A stretch of DNA of 63,943 bases, the filler included, from Actinomycetota bacterium (GTDB taxonomy: Bacteria > Actinomycetota > Actinomycetes > JAKEEW01), in the NCBI GenBank assembly GCA_046725875.1. It is 4 parts of 4 records of this genome, joined end to end, with 100 filler letters (N's around TTAATTAATTAA, not from the genome) between each part and the next. Parts side by side here need not be neighbours in the genome. Positions count along the whole stretch, not along the records: positions 40,208 to 57,043 come from JBKOZJ010000149.1; positions 57,144 to 63,943 come from JBKOZJ010000161.1; 2 more parts are not named here. One strand, written 5' to 3'. The number at the start of each line of letters is the position of its first letter. The stretch's first letter is position 1. The notes under the pieces were generated by a model. It had not been told where the DNA came from. It saw only the letters and a list, made by a program, of their open reading frames with translations, and made no database searches. Positions 47,611 to 57,417 of this stretch are shown in pieces. Position numbers and translations under genes: made by a program.

Positions 47611-48105
47611 ATGGCTGAGCGAACACTGAACCGGCTCGATATCCCCAGGGAGATCCGACGCGGCCTGCCCCGGCCCAGCTATGACGCGGAGGCGTTCGGG
47701 CGCGTGTCGGAGCGGATCGCCCGCTTCATCGGCACCGGTCGGTTCCTCGTCTACATGACGATCGTCGTCATCGTCTGGATCGCCTGGAACGTCCTCGCCC
47801 CGCTCGGCTGGCGCTTCGACGAGTATCCGTTCATCTTCTTGACCCTCGCCCTATCGCTCCAGGCGTCCTACGCGGCGCCGCTGATCCTGCTTGCCCAGAA
47901 CCGACAGGCGGACCGGGATCGGGTGCAGTACGAACAGGACCGGGCCCGGGACGACCGTAGCCTGACGGACACCGAGTACTTGACGCGCGAGGTGGCCGGC
48001 CTGCGGATCGCGCTTGGCGAGGTGGCGACCAGAGACTTCCTCCGGTCCGAGATTCGTGCCCTCCTCGATGAGCTGAACCCCCGCCACACGCCAGCCGGCC
48101 GCTAG
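47611..48105 (+). CDS. DUF1003 membrane protein
   Basis: IARFIGT, FDEYPFIFLTLALSLQASYAAPLILLAQNRQ. Confidence 0.9.
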   Translation: MAERTLNRLDIPREIRRGLPRPSYDAEAFGRVSERIARFIGTGRFLVYMTIVVIVWIAWNVLAPLGWRFDEYPFIFLTLALSLQASYAAPLILLAQNRQADRDRVQYEQDRARDDRSLTDTEYLTREVAGLRIALGEVATRDFLRSEIRALLDELNPRHTPAGR

Positions 48106-48152
48106 AGCACGGCGCCGATCAGGCTGGATCACCTCGACGTACGATACTGGAC

Positions 48153-49304
48153 ATGGGTCCCCTCCCGACTTCCGAGCAAATCCACGCCGCCCTTGCGACG
48201 GTGAAGGATCCAGAGATTCGCCGACCGATCACTGATCTCGAGATGGTCAAGTCGGTAGAGATCGGCGACGGCGGCGCGGTACGGGTTGCTGTCTTCTTGA
48301 CGGTTGCCGGATGTCCACTCCGGGACACGATCATCCGGGATGTAACCGCGGCAGTTTCGGCGGTGCCCGGCGTGACAGACGTGTTCGTGGATCTCGACGT
48401 GATGAGTCAGGAGCAACGACAACAACTGCAGACCAAGCTGCGGCAGGAGCGCGGGGGTGGCCCGGCCCGCGAGGTTCCCTTTGCTCGTCCCCAGTCGCTG
48501 ACGAAGGTCTACGCGGTCGCCTCGGGGAAGGGCGGCGTCGGCAAATCCTCCGTAACCGTCAATCTGGCCGCGGCCATGGCGGCCAGCGGTCTATCCGTCG
48601 GACTGATCGACGCGGACATCTACGGCCACTCGGTGCCTCGGATGCTCGGCGTCACCGGAATGCCGACCAAGGTCGAGGACATGATCATGCCACCATCCGC
48701 GCGCGGCATACCAGTCATCTCGATCGGGATGTTCACCGGCGGCAACCGGCCGGTGGTCTGGCGCGGTCCCATGCTGCATCGCGCGGTCGAGCAGTTCCTG
48801 GCCGACGTCTACTGGGGCGACCTCGATGTACTACTGATCGACCTGCCACCGGGAACCGGTGACGTCGCGATCTCGATCGCGCAGCTCGTGCCCAACGCGG
48901 AGATCTTGGTCGTTACGACACCGCAGATTGCGGCCGCGGAGGTCGCAGAACGCGCGGGCATGATCTCCAGCCAGACCCACCAGCGGGTTGCCGGTGTGAT
49001 CGAGAACATGTCCGGTTTGCCGTGCCCGCACTGCGGCGAGCGCGTCGACGTCTTCGGCTCGGGAGGCGGGCAACGCGTTGCCGCGACGCTCACCAACGCG
49101 CTCGGCTACGACATCTCGGTCCTTGGAGAGATCCCGCTCGACGTTCGATTGCGCGAAGGTGCTGACGCCGGCCGGCCGCTTGTACTAGACGACCCCGACG
49201 CGCCTGCGGCGAAGGAGCTACGTGCGATCGCGGAGCGGCTCGGCCATCGGTCCCGTGGTCTGGCCGGCCGCTCCCTCGGCCTCACCCCGGTAACCCGCCG
49301 CTAG
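48153..49304 (+). CDS. mrp: Mrp/NBP35 Fe-S cluster carrier ATPase
   Basis: SGKGGVGKS, DADIYG, WRGPML, DLPPGTGD, ENMS..CPHC. Confidence 0.95.
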   Translation: MGPLPTSEQIHAALATVKDPEIRRPITDLEMVKSVEIGDGGAVRVAVFLTVAGCPLRDTIIRDVTAAVSAVPGVTDVFVDLDVMSQEQRQQLQTKLRQERGGGPAREVPFARPQSLTKVYAVASGKGGVGKSSVTVNLAAAMAASGLSVGLIDADIYGHSVPRMLGVTGMPTKVEDMIMPPSARGIPVISIGMFTGGNRPVVWRGPMLHRAVEQFLADVYWGDLDVLLIDLPPGTGDVAISIAQLVPNAEILVVTTPQIAAAEVAERAGMISSQTHQRVAGVIENMSGLPCPHCGERVDVFGSGGGQRVAATLTNALGYDISVLGEIPLDVRLREGADAGRPLVLDDPDAPAAKELRAIAERLGHRSRGLAGRSLGLTPVTRR

Positions 49305-49376
49305 GGATACTGCTCAGCAGCGTCGGCGGTGGCCGAAGGACCGCGGGATGCATGGCAAGGCCGCATCCTCGCGTCG

Positions 49377-49766
49377 CTAGGTTGCCTCAGGGTCGAAGGG
49401 TGCTTCGGGAGGTTCCGCAGGCCTCGCAGTGGAGGTCGGGGACCCCGCGTCGAGCCGAGACCCATTCGCGCCGGTCGGCGACGCGCGGCGCTGGCGGTTG
49501 CGTGGACCGTCCGCGTCCGCCTCGTCCGCCGGATCGAGCAGGTGCTTGCGTACGAAGGTCCGTGGGTTCAGGTCCGCAATATCAAGATCACGGAACTCCG
49601 GACCCAGGCTCTCCTGCAGGTCATTGCGCGCCCCAGACACCATCTGGCGCAGCTGCCGGAGCATCCGACCGGCGTCGGCGGCGACTTTCGGCAGGTGCTC
49701 TGGCCCGAAAACGATCAGGGCGATGATCGCGAGCGCGATCATCTCCCCAAAACCTATATCAAACAC
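49377..49766 (-). CDS. tatB: Twin-arginine translocase subunit TatB
   Basis: MFDIGFGE...FGPEHLP...LNPRTFVRKHL...PFDPEAT. Confidence 0.9.
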   Translation of the reverse strand: MFDIGFGEMIALAIIALIVFGPEHLPKVAADAGRMLRQLRQMVSGARNDLQESLGPEFRDLDIADLNPRTFVRKHLLDPADEADADGPRNRQRRASPTGANGSRLDAGSPTSTARPAEPPEAPFDPEAT

Positions 49767-49777
49767 CTGGTCAACTC

Positions 49778-49837
49778 CGCCGCCTGATTACGCCGCCTGA
49801 TTACGCCGCCTGATTACGCCGCCTGATTACGCCGCCT
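49778..49837. repeat. 13-bp tandem repeat (CGCCGCCTGATTA x4 plus partial)
   Basis: Units start at 49778, 49791, 49804, 49817, 49830; abuts the tatB RBS. Confidence 0.92.
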
Positions 49838-50281
49838 CTGACATCCTCGCGACGCGACGCCAGGATGCCGACAAAGCGAGCGATCAGCGCCGTCCTTACG
49901 CCCCGTCGCGCGGTCCGGGTCGTCCCTTCACCTCTCGACCGTGGGATTTCCTGCCAGAGTAATGCTCGCGTTGCGCAATTAGGGAAGGGAAGGACTCAAG
50001 ACGGTGTTGTTGGCGATGAGATGTATTGGGCTTCGACCCGCGAGGACATTCATCTCGCAACCGTGGCTGCCGGTTGCGCTTTGGGGGCGTTCCGTCTCGG
50101 GACGCCCCCAAGTGCTGCAAGGCCATCTTTTCGACCAAGCAGACATCTATCGCCCGCGCACCCTCCACTTGAAGGTCGGATCGGGGATTCGGGCTCCGCT
50201 CGTGGCCGGGGCATGGAGTTCGCGCCCCGAAAGCGTTGCGAGCTCGGGGGAACCCGCTGATCCGGCCGGAACGGACCGGGA

Positions 50282-51391
50282 TCAGCGGAAGGGATTGAGC
50301 CAGGAGACCATGCGGTCCGCCCCTTGGCCCAGCCGCGCCATCACGCCGGTGGCCGGTGACTCGTGCGGCAGCACCGCGATCACACCCTCGACGACTTCCG
50401 CTGGAGCATCGCCGATGACCGTGTAGACCAATCCGTCGGCCGACCAGCTCGCTTGGTACGGGATGCCGTCCTGGACGCGGACCTCGGCACCGCCAATATG
50501 CACTCGGCTGAATCCGGCGAGCCGCTCCGCATCGAGATGACCGCGTTGCTGGAACACCGACACAGTAGACAGCCCGTCCGTGTAGGTCAGGAACAGCCCC
50601 ATGCCGGCGTTATTGTCGAGCCGCCGGATCACGGTGAGCTCGAGCCCCGCCGCGATAGCAGGTACTACCCATCCCCCCTCACGCAGGTCGACGACTGACT
50701 CCAGCGGAACCTGTTCCGGCATCGGTTCGATCTGGGCGACCGGCAGCTTCCCGTCCAGGCTCGCCCGGCCGATAGTTACGTCGACAAAGGCTGCCGCCTT
50801 GGTAGTCGCGCCCGACCGGTCGAAGAGCTCGCGGCGTAGGACCAGGTTGGAGTCCTTGTCCAGCCACAGCCGGGCGGCGACGGCGCCGGACGCCCGGCGC
50901 GCTTCGATGACCATGGTTGGCCGGCCGGCGACCTCCTCCTCGCCGGTCACGACGATGTGGTAGCTTTCGGCGAGCAGGTTGATCGGCCCGTCGCTAAGCC
51001 GGGTTACGGTGTCATGTACCGTCCGGTCCGCAGTGAAGATCGTGTTTCGGGGCGCGGCCGGCGTCCCCTTGACGACGACCAGGCTGCCGGTGCCCGGTAC
51101 ATGAGTAACGTCCACAACCTGACTGGTGGCTCCGCGCGGGCACCACAACGACACGTACTGCACACCGGAGTACGGCACTCGAGTCGCCGCCCGCTGGGCA
51201 GCCAACAGCAAGCTCACTGCGCGAGGGTCGTCCGGCCCAGCCGGCGCCGGATCGAGCGGCTTCGCCGCAGGTGGGAGGGGCGACGCGGGGCTGCCGCCGC
51301 CCGTCACGACCACCGCGACCAGCACCGCCAATCCGGGCATAAGCCACAAGGCAAGGGGCCAAGCGGGAACGGACGAACCGCGAAGCTTCAT
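50282..51391 (-). CDS. MucB/RseB-like sigma-E regulatory protein (membrane-anchored or secreted)
   Basis: Hydrophobic N-terminus; YSGVQ, EEVAGRPT, LWLDKDSNLVLRREL, YTDGLSTVSVF, YTVIGDAP. Confidence 0.75.
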   Translation of the reverse strand: MKLRGSSVPAWPLALWLMPGLAVLVAVVVTGGGSPASPLPPAAKPLDPAPAGPDDPRAVSLLLAAQRAATRVPYSGVQYVSLWCPRGATSQVVDVTHVPGTGSLVVVKGTPAAPRNTIFTADRTVHDTVTRLSDGPINLLAESYHIVVTGEEEVAGRPTMVIEARRASGAVAARLWLDKDSNLVLRRELFDRSGATTKAAAFVDVTIGRASLDGKLPVAQIEPMPEQVPLESVVDLREGGWVVPAIAAGLELTVIRRLDNNAGMGLFLTYTDGLSTVSVFQQRGHLDAERLAGFSRVHIGGAEVRVQDGIPYQASWSADGLVYTVIGDAPAEVVEGVIAVLPHESPATGVMARLGQGADRMVSWLNPFR

Positions 51392-52017
51392 CGGCTAGGC
51401 ACTCCGAAGCCCGCGGTCGAGGCGGGGAAGCTCGCTGTCCCGAAGACCGCGCTAAAGGCGGGCTCACCCGAGATCTGACTGCTGGTCTGCGCGTGCTGAT
51501 AGGTGTACGAATCCAGCGGCGGCGTCACTCCCGGTCCTTGCGGTGACGGTTCGCCCGCCGCGAAGGCGGCCGCGAAAGCCACCGCCGAGATCGACAGCGC
51601 ACTCGCTGCCGCAACGTAGACGACTCGACGCCGTGAGCCGACCCGAGTGCGAGTGGCCGGGAACCGACCCGCAGCTCCCTTGTCGCCCGGTCGACGGTTC
51701 TCCCGCGCCCGACTGGGCGGGGCCGTGCCAGGTCTGATGGCCGTTCCCGAGCGGCTCGAGCGCGCGCCAGTGGGCAGCGGCCGCCGTTCCGGCGGCATCG
51801 GCTCGCCCGGCTCTGACATCGAGATGAGCGAGCGCACCAGGGCGCTCGACGGGCCGGGGACGCCGGCTCCAGCCAGCGCGGACTTGAGCCGACGGTGCTG
51901 GTCGGCGGCGACCCGGCAGTCGGTGCACTGAGCAAGATGCGTGAGGACCCGGTCCCGCGCGTCGTGGTCGAGCTCGCCATCGACGAAGGCGGCCAGCCGG
52001 TCACCAAGGTGCGTCAT
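51388..52017 (-). CDS. rseA: Anti-sigma factor RseA (zf-HC2, one TM helix)
   Basis: [14 protein letters not shown]...HLAQCTDC (HxxxCxxC); follows sigE. Confidence 0.85.
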   Translation of the reverse strand: MTHLGDRLAAFVDGELDHDARDRVLTHLAQCTDCRVAADQHRRLKSALAGAGVPGPSSALVRSLISMSEPGEPMPPERRPLPTGARSSRSGTAIRPGTAPPSRARENRRPGDKGAAGRFPATRTRVGSRRRVVYVAAASALSISAVAFAAAFAAGEPSPQGPGVTPPLDSYTYQHAQTSSQISGEPAFSAVFGTASFPASTAGFGVPSR

Positions 52018-52715
52018 ACGTTGTCCTCCCCAGCGGTCCGGCGGCTGGCAAGGTCGATAACATCGGCAGCATGATCGAGATCTGCGGTCCGACCGGTCGC
52101 CCCGGACGAATCGCCCTCGAGGTCCGACGTCGTGCCGCCGCGGCCCGCCGATCGGCGCCGAGTCTCGGCGCGGTGCTCCAGCGCGGCCTTGAGGTGGCTC
52201 CGGCCACGATGGATTCGGCTTCGTACCGTCCCGAGCTTCACGCCGAGCGTCGCAGCGATCTCCTCGTACGAAAGTCCCTCGATATCACAGAGAACGACGG
52301 CGGCCCGGAAGTCTGGATGCAGCGCGTCGAGAGCGGCCTGGATATCGGCGTCGAACGTCCGCTCGTCATACCAAGTCTCCGGTGAGGGTTCCCGGCCGGG
52401 GAGCCGCTCGGGAGCGTCCTCGGCGAACCCCTCGAACCTGATTCGCTGCTTTCGGCGGACCGAGTCGAGGAAGAGGTTCGTAGTGATCCGGTGCAGCCAG
52501 CCCTCGAAGGTGCCCGGGGTGTAGTTGGAGAGCGACCGGAACACTCGGACGAAGACCTCCTGGGTCAGGTCCTCGGCGTCGTGCAGGTTGCCGGTCAGCC
52601 GGTAGGCCAGTCGGTAGACCCGGCTCGAGTGGGCGCGGACGACCTCCTCCCAGCTCGGTGGTTCCCAGTCGTCCGGACGTGGAATATCCACCGGACCATC
52701 GATCCGGTCGTCCAC
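52014..52715 (-). CDS. sigE: ECF sigma factor SigE
   Basis: [65 protein letters not shown] before GTG 52715. Confidence 0.92.
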   Translation of the reverse strand: MDDRIDGPVDIPRPDDWEPPSWEEVVRAHSSRVYRLAYRLTGNLHDAEDLTQEVFVRVFRSLSNYTPGTFEGWLHRITTNLFLDSVRRKQRIRFEGFAEDAPERLPGREPSPETWYDERTFDADIQAALDALHPDFRAAVVLCDIEGLSYEEIAATLGVKLGTVRSRIHRGRSHLKAALEHRAETRRRSAGRGGTTSDLEGDSSGATGRTADLDHAADVIDLASRRTAGEDNV

Positions 52716-52837
52716 TCCGGCACCTCCCCTCGGCGCTCTTGGCTGCCTGGCCCGCCCGGCCACGCGCGCCATCTCATCGTCTCTCGATCGCGGCCACAAT
52801 CCCAAGTGTCAGCCGGCTGGCTGGGATCAATAGCTGA

Positions 52838-52863
52838 AACGCCGAGCCCGAGCTACGGGTTCC
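52838..52863 (-). promoter_or_regulatory. SigH/SigR/SigE-type ECF promoter upstream of sigE
   Basis: Minus strand GGAAC-N18-GTT. Confidence 0.6.
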
Positions 52864-52982
52864 CTGACCGGTGAATCAAGCCGGTGCACCCCTGCCCTGG
52901 GGCGGGGGATCGTCTGATTAGGCTAAACAGCCGCAAACTACTGCATAAGGGCGGCCCGTTTGGGGCCTCAGGCACGCCGGGC

Positions 52983-54500
52983 TCAGCGGGTCAGCGGGCG
53001 CGTGGACTCGAGCCAGCGAAGGAGGGTGCGAACTCCGAAGCCGGTGCCGCCCTTGGTGTTCTCGTACTCGTCCGCCTCGATCTTGCCGGGACCGGCGATG
53101 TCGAGATGAGCCCAACGGCGGCTCCCAACGAACTCGCGGAGGAACAGAGCAGCCGTGATCGACCCGCCGCCGACCGAGGTATCCCGCGGAACATGTGAGA
53201 TGTCCGCGATGTCGGAGTCCAAGGCGGCGCGATAGTCCTCAACCAGCGGCATCCGCCAAATGACCTCGCCGCCCAGGGCTCCAGCGTTGACCAGCTCGTG
53301 GGCGAGGGCATCGTCTGTGGCGTAGAGCGCAGCGACCCGCCGGCTCAAGCCGAGCGACGCCGCGCCGGTCAGGGTCGCGACATCCACGACTACGTCCGGA
53401 TGGAGCTCGCTATCTGTGTAAGCCAGGGCGTCGGCGAGCACGAGGCGACCTTCGGCGTCGGTGTTCAGCACCTCGACGGTGGTGCCGCCATACTGCGTGA
53501 TCACGTCGCTCGGCCGGTAAGCAGAGCCGGAGGGCATGTTTTCGGCGGCCGCGACCAGGCCCGTTACCCGGGCACGGACTCCTAGATCGCGGAGGGCACC
53601 GAGCACCGCTATCACCGCGGCGCCGCCGGCCATGTCGGCCTTCATCGGGACCATGGCCTCTCGCGGCTTGATCGAGAGGCCGCCGGTGTCGAAGGTGATT
53701 CCCTTTCCGGCGATCACGATGTGTGGTTCACCAGGTTGATCGGCCGCGGGATCAGGCCGGTATTCGAGCGAGATCAGCCGGGGCGGCCGAGCCGACCCCG
53801 AGCCGACGGCCAGGATGCCGTTGAAACCTTCGGCCGCCAGGGCCTCCTGGTCCCAGACATGCCAATCGAGCCGACCCGCCTCGGCGACCTCCCTCGCCTG
53901 CTCCGCAAGCCAGGCCGGGTCCTTCTCGTTTGACGGCGTGTTCGCGAGATCACGCGCCAACCAAACCGCCCTGATGACGGTCAGCGCCCGGGCAAACGAT
54001 CCGCGTCCCGGCTCGGTCGGTGCGTACACCCTGATGTCAGTGACGGGTTTGGATTTGGGCGGCTGGGAGCGCCGGCTGAACGTGTACGACGCAAGCGCGA
54101 GCCCCTCGGTGAAAGCTTGGAGGCAGTCGCCGTCCACCCCGTCCGGCGCGGCTACGGCCAGCGTGTCATGTCCCTTGGCGCGCCGGGCCAGCGCCGCTCC
54201 GGCCTTGCGCAGTGCTGCCGGTGTTCCATCGCCACTGCCGAAGACCAGCAGGGCCGCCGGTCCGTCCGGACCCCGCGGCACCGGGATCGCCACGATTTCC
54301 CCCGGCTGCCCCTTGACCTCGCCGTTCCCGCCGGCCCTGGCAAGGTAGTCGCGAATATGGATGTTGTACGAAGCGCCGATTGCCGCGGCGGCCGAATCAA
54401 GAACGGCCCCATCGTCACCAGCCCGCATCGGGACTGCTACCTGATCCGCGGCAGAGTCGGCCAGATCGCCGGTTACCAAGGTCATGGCGGGCATCGACAC
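52983..54500 (-). CDS. pepA: Leucyl aminopeptidase (M17)
   Basis: GKGITFDTGG, MKADMAG, NTDAEGRL, ATLTGA, HLDIAG. Confidence 0.93.
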   Translation of the reverse strand: MSMPAMTLVTGDLADSAADQVAVPMRAGDDGAVLDSAAAAIGASYNIHIRDYLARAGGNGEVKGQPGEIVAIPVPRGPDGPAALLVFGSGDGTPAALRKAGAALARRAKGHDTLAVAAPDGVDGDCLQAFTEGLALASYTFSRRSQPPKSKPVTDIRVYAPTEPGRGSFARALTVIRAVWLARDLANTPSNEKDPAWLAEQAREVAEAGRLDWHVWDQEALAAEGFNGILAVGSGSARPPRLISLEYRPDPAADQPGEPHIVIAGKGITFDTGGLSIKPREAMVPMKADMAGGAAVIAVLGALRDLGVRARVTGLVAAAENMPSGSAYRPSDVITQYGGTTVEVLNTDAEGRLVLADALAYTDSELHPDVVVDVATLTGAASLGLSRRVAALYATDDALAHELVNAGALGGEVIWRMPLVEDYRAALDSDIADISHVPRDTSVGGGSITAALFLREFVGSRRWAHLDIAGPGKIEADEYENTKGGTGFGVRTLLRWLESTRPLTR

Positions 54501-54749
54501 GCGAGCACCCTATCCGCCGACCGGCGATCGCCGCGCCGCCGACCAAGACGCGCTGTCTGCAGCATCTGCCCGCACCCAGAGACAAGATGGCACGGCCGGA
54601 ACTCCGTCAGATCGGACTGTTGATCACGCTCGGCTGGTGTCCGACGCTGAGTGGCATGACCCCACAACGGGCGGCGCCAAAGACGGCTCCGGTCCGGCAT
54701 CCCCAGCGGACGCCGGACCGGAGCCGTCTGGTTACCGACCCGCTGGGCA

Positions 54750-54780
54750 GCGGGGCGGGTGCCGGCAGGAGCCGCCCCGC
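54750..54780 (-). terminator. GC-rich hairpin downstream of the DUF3117 gene
   Basis: GCGGGGCGG / CCGCCCCGC arms, no U-tract. Confidence 0.35.
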
Positions 54781-54792
54781 CGGACCTCGGTG

Positions 54793-54960
54793 TCAGCCGG
54801 CGACGTTCTTCAGGGCATCGCCGAGTGCACTCGCCTCGTCGGATGACAGCTCGACGACGAGCCGCCCGCCACCTTCGAGCGGAACCCGCATGACGATGCC
54901 ACGCCCCTCCTTCGTGACCTCAAGCGGTCCGTCGCCGGTCCGCGGCTTCATGGCCGCCAT
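54793..54960 (-). CDS. DUF3117 small protein (55 aa, not in ORF track)
   Basis: MAAMKPRTGDGPLEVTKEGRGIVMRVPLEGGGRLVVEL... Confidence 0.92.
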   Translation of the reverse strand: MAAMKPRTGDGPLEVTKEGRGIVMRVPLEGGGRLVVELSSDEASALGDALKNVAG

Positions 54961-55199
54961 GCTCGCTCCCCTTCCGGTGGAAAGTTAGATGCAGGGATCC
55001 GCTGTCCCTGCGGTCGAACGGCAACCATTATCCCAATTCCCGGTATCCGAAGGAAACGATCTACACGCCGGAATTTCGGGTCCGACCTGCGATTCATTGG
55101 TTTCTTACCGCGCCGGGTCGATCACCTGCAGCCCGTCGCACACCATGAACCACCGCGCCCGCTGTCGTCGAACGGCGCTCTTAGTGCAGACTCCGAGAG

Positions 55200-56054
55200 G
55201 TGAATGCCCGTTCGGCGTTGTTCGACCTCTACGGAGATCATCTGCGGTTCCGTCGCGGCCGAGCGCCAGTGGCGGCGCTGGTGCGGCTTCTGGCACCGCT
55301 CGAGATCGCCGCCGCGGCCGTTCGTACCGCCGTCTCACGGATGGTCCGGCAGGGCTGGCTCCAGCCAGTACGGCTCGCCGAAGGTCCCGGATACGCCCTA
55401 ACCCCCAAAGCAGTACGGCGGATAGACGACGCGCTCGCGCGCATTTACCGGACCCGCAGCGAGGAGTGGGATGGGCGCTGGCACGTCCTCGTACTCTCCA
55501 GGGTCGCCGACCGGGCCGCCCGGGACCGGTTGCGCGACGCCCTGGCCTTCCTCGGCTACGCACCTCTGGACGACACAACCTGGATCGCGCCTCATCCGTC
55601 GGCCGAGGTGGACGGCCTGCTCGCGGCCGAAGGTGTGCGCGCCGAGCGGTTCACGGCCGAGCACGACGGCGACTCGGTCGGGCTGGTGCAGCGCTTGTGG
55701 GACCTCGAAGGTCTCGGCCGAAGCTACGAGCGGTGGCTCGCCGAGGCAGAGGGTCTGGCCGGTGAGGCGGGCTTTGAGGCGGACGATGAGACCGCGTTCG
55801 CCGTCCGCAGCCGCCTGCTCCATGAGTGGCGGAAGTTTCTCTTCCGTGACCCTGGCCTGCCGCGGGTGCTGCTGCCGGCGGACTGGCCGGGCGACAAAGC
55901 CGCCGCCTTCTTCGACAGCGAGTCCCGTCGCCTGCTGGCGGCCGCCAACCGCTTCGTCGACGCCTGCCTGCTCGAGCGCGGAGCCGCCCCGAGCGCACCT
56001 GTCCGACCTTCGGAACGAATGGACGAAACCTCAATGGAGACCGCCGATGACTGA
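55200..56054 (+). CDS. PaaX family transcriptional regulator
   Basis: ARSALFDLYGD, VRTAVSRM, WDGRW, WRKFLFRDPGLP...LP.DWPG. Confidence 0.9.
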   Translation: MNARSALFDLYGDHLRFRRGRAPVAALVRLLAPLEIAAAAVRTAVSRMVRQGWLQPVRLAEGPGYALTPKAVRRIDDALARIYRTRSEEWDGRWHVLVLSRVADRAARDRLRDALAFLGYAPLDDTTWIAPHPSAEVDGLLAAEGVRAERFTAEHDGDSVGLVQRLWDLEGLGRSYERWLAEAEGLAGEAGFEADDETAFAVRSRLLHEWRKFLFRDPGLPRVLLPADWPGDKAAAFFDSESRRLLAAANRFVDACLLERGAAPSAPVRPSERMDETSMETADD

Positions 56055-56838
56055 TGTGCTGCAGTACGAGGTGAGCCGCGGGGTCGCCACGTTGACGCTG
56101 AACCGACCGGACGCGATGAACTCGCTCAACCTCGAGCTGAAGAACGCGCTCAAGGAGGCCGTCACAGCCGTCGCGGAAGACCCCGACGTGCGGGCCGTGA
56201 TCCTGACCGGCGCCGGCCGCGCGTTCTGTGCTGGGCAGGACCTAAGGGAACACGTGGCGGCGCTGGACAGCGTGTCTGTGGAGGAGATCTGGCGGACCGT
56301 ACCGCAGCACTATGTCCCGGTCGCAACAGCTCTTGCGACGATGCCGAAGCCGGTGATCGCGGCGGTGAACGGCATCGCTGCGGGCGCCGGGGCATCGCTC
56401 GCCTTCGCCTGTGACCTTCGGATCGCCGCCGATACGGCCGGCTTCAACCTGGCCTTCTCCACGATCGGGTTGTCCGCGGATACCGGTGCAACCTGGACGC
56501 TGCCGCGGCTAGTTGGGCGGGCCAAGGCGCTCGAGATGCTGCTGATGCCGTCGACGGTGCCCGCCTCAGCGGCGCTCGAGCTCGGCCTGGTAAACCAGGT
56601 GGTCCCGGCCGCCGAGCTGGGTCCGGCCGCGGCCGAGCTTGCGGGCGAGCTGGCCGCCGGACCGACCATTGCGTATGGTGCGATCAAGCAAGCGGTGGCC
56701 TACTCGGCGACGCACCCACTGGACGAGTCGCTCGCGTTCGAGGGCGAGATGATGACGCTCACCGGCTCGACGGAGGATCACCGCAACGCCGTCGCCGCAT
56801 TCGTCGCCAAGGAACGCCCGACCTTCCAGGCCCGTTAG
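56047..56838 (+). CDS. Enoyl-CoA hydratase/isomerase (crotonase, PaaG-like)
   Basis: LNRPDAMN, AFCAGQDL, PKPVIAAVNGIAAGAG, LPRLVG. Confidence 0.92.
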   Translation: MTDVLQYEVSRGVATLTLNRPDAMNSLNLELKNALKEAVTAVAEDPDVRAVILTGAGRAFCAGQDLREHVAALDSVSVEEIWRTVPQHYVPVATALATMPKPVIAAVNGIAAGAGASLAFACDLRIAADTAGFNLAFSTIGLSADTGATWTLPRLVGRAKALEMLLMPSTVPASAALELGLVNQVVPAAELGPAAAELAGELAAGPTIAYGAIKQAVAYSATHPLDESLAFEGEMMTLTGSTEDHRNAVAAFVAKERPTFQAR

Positions 56839-56915
56839 CACACGGTGGATCACTCGATTGCCGCCCACCGAGCCGGCGGCCCCGATGCCGATCCCGGCCG
56901 CTCCGTCTTCGGTTG

Positions 56916-57043
56916 CTAACGGGCGAGGCAGCCGGCGAGATGGTCGTTGACCATGCCAACCGCTTGCATCGTCGCGTAGACCGTGGTCGGACCCACGAAT
57001 ACGAAGCCACGGCGGCGCAGTTCCTTGGCGAGTGCCACAGACT
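56916..57043 (-). CDS. tag: 3' end of DNA-3-methyladenine glycosylase I (cut by contig end)
   Basis: SVALAKELRRRGFVFVGPTTVYATMQAVGMVNDHLAGC. Confidence 0.88.
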
Positions 57044-57143
57044 NNNNNNNNNNNNNNNNNNNNNNNNNNNNNNNNNNNNNNNNNNNNTTAATTAATTAAN
57101 NNNNNNNNNNNNNNNNNNNNNNNNNNNNNNNNNNNNNNNNNNN
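57044..57143. other. Artificial contig linker
   Basis: N run containing TTAATTAATTAA. Confidence 0.98.
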
Positions 57144-57417
57144 GCCGACCGATCTGGCCGAAGATCTCGTCCACCTCATCGACGGTCAGCGTCGGCTCGC
57201 CGGCGGGGTCGGGCATGTCACGCAGGCTGGCCCAACCGACGCCGATCTGACGTTGGGTCAGATCTCCCGAGAGGAAGGCGACGACGGTCGCGACCTCGGC
57301 GGCACCGCCCTCGGCGCCCGCCTGCCGCAGGCATTCGGCGAGATGGCCGATCTTCGCCAGCCGGGATGACGTCGCCGTCACGGCCGCCGACGTCGCCACC
57401 ACGTCTCCAAAGAGCAT
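57144..57417 (-). CDS. ligB: 5' part of an ATP-dependent DNA ligase (cut by contig start)
   Basis: MLFGDVVATS...SSRLAKI...LSGDLTQRQIGVGW...PTLTVDEVD. Confidence 0.8.

Noticed and set aside
30724..57143. Gene linkage across the three N/TTAATTAATTAA blocks, and ORFs running into them
   Set aside because: These are artificial 100-nt contig joins; genes on either side are truncated and unrelated
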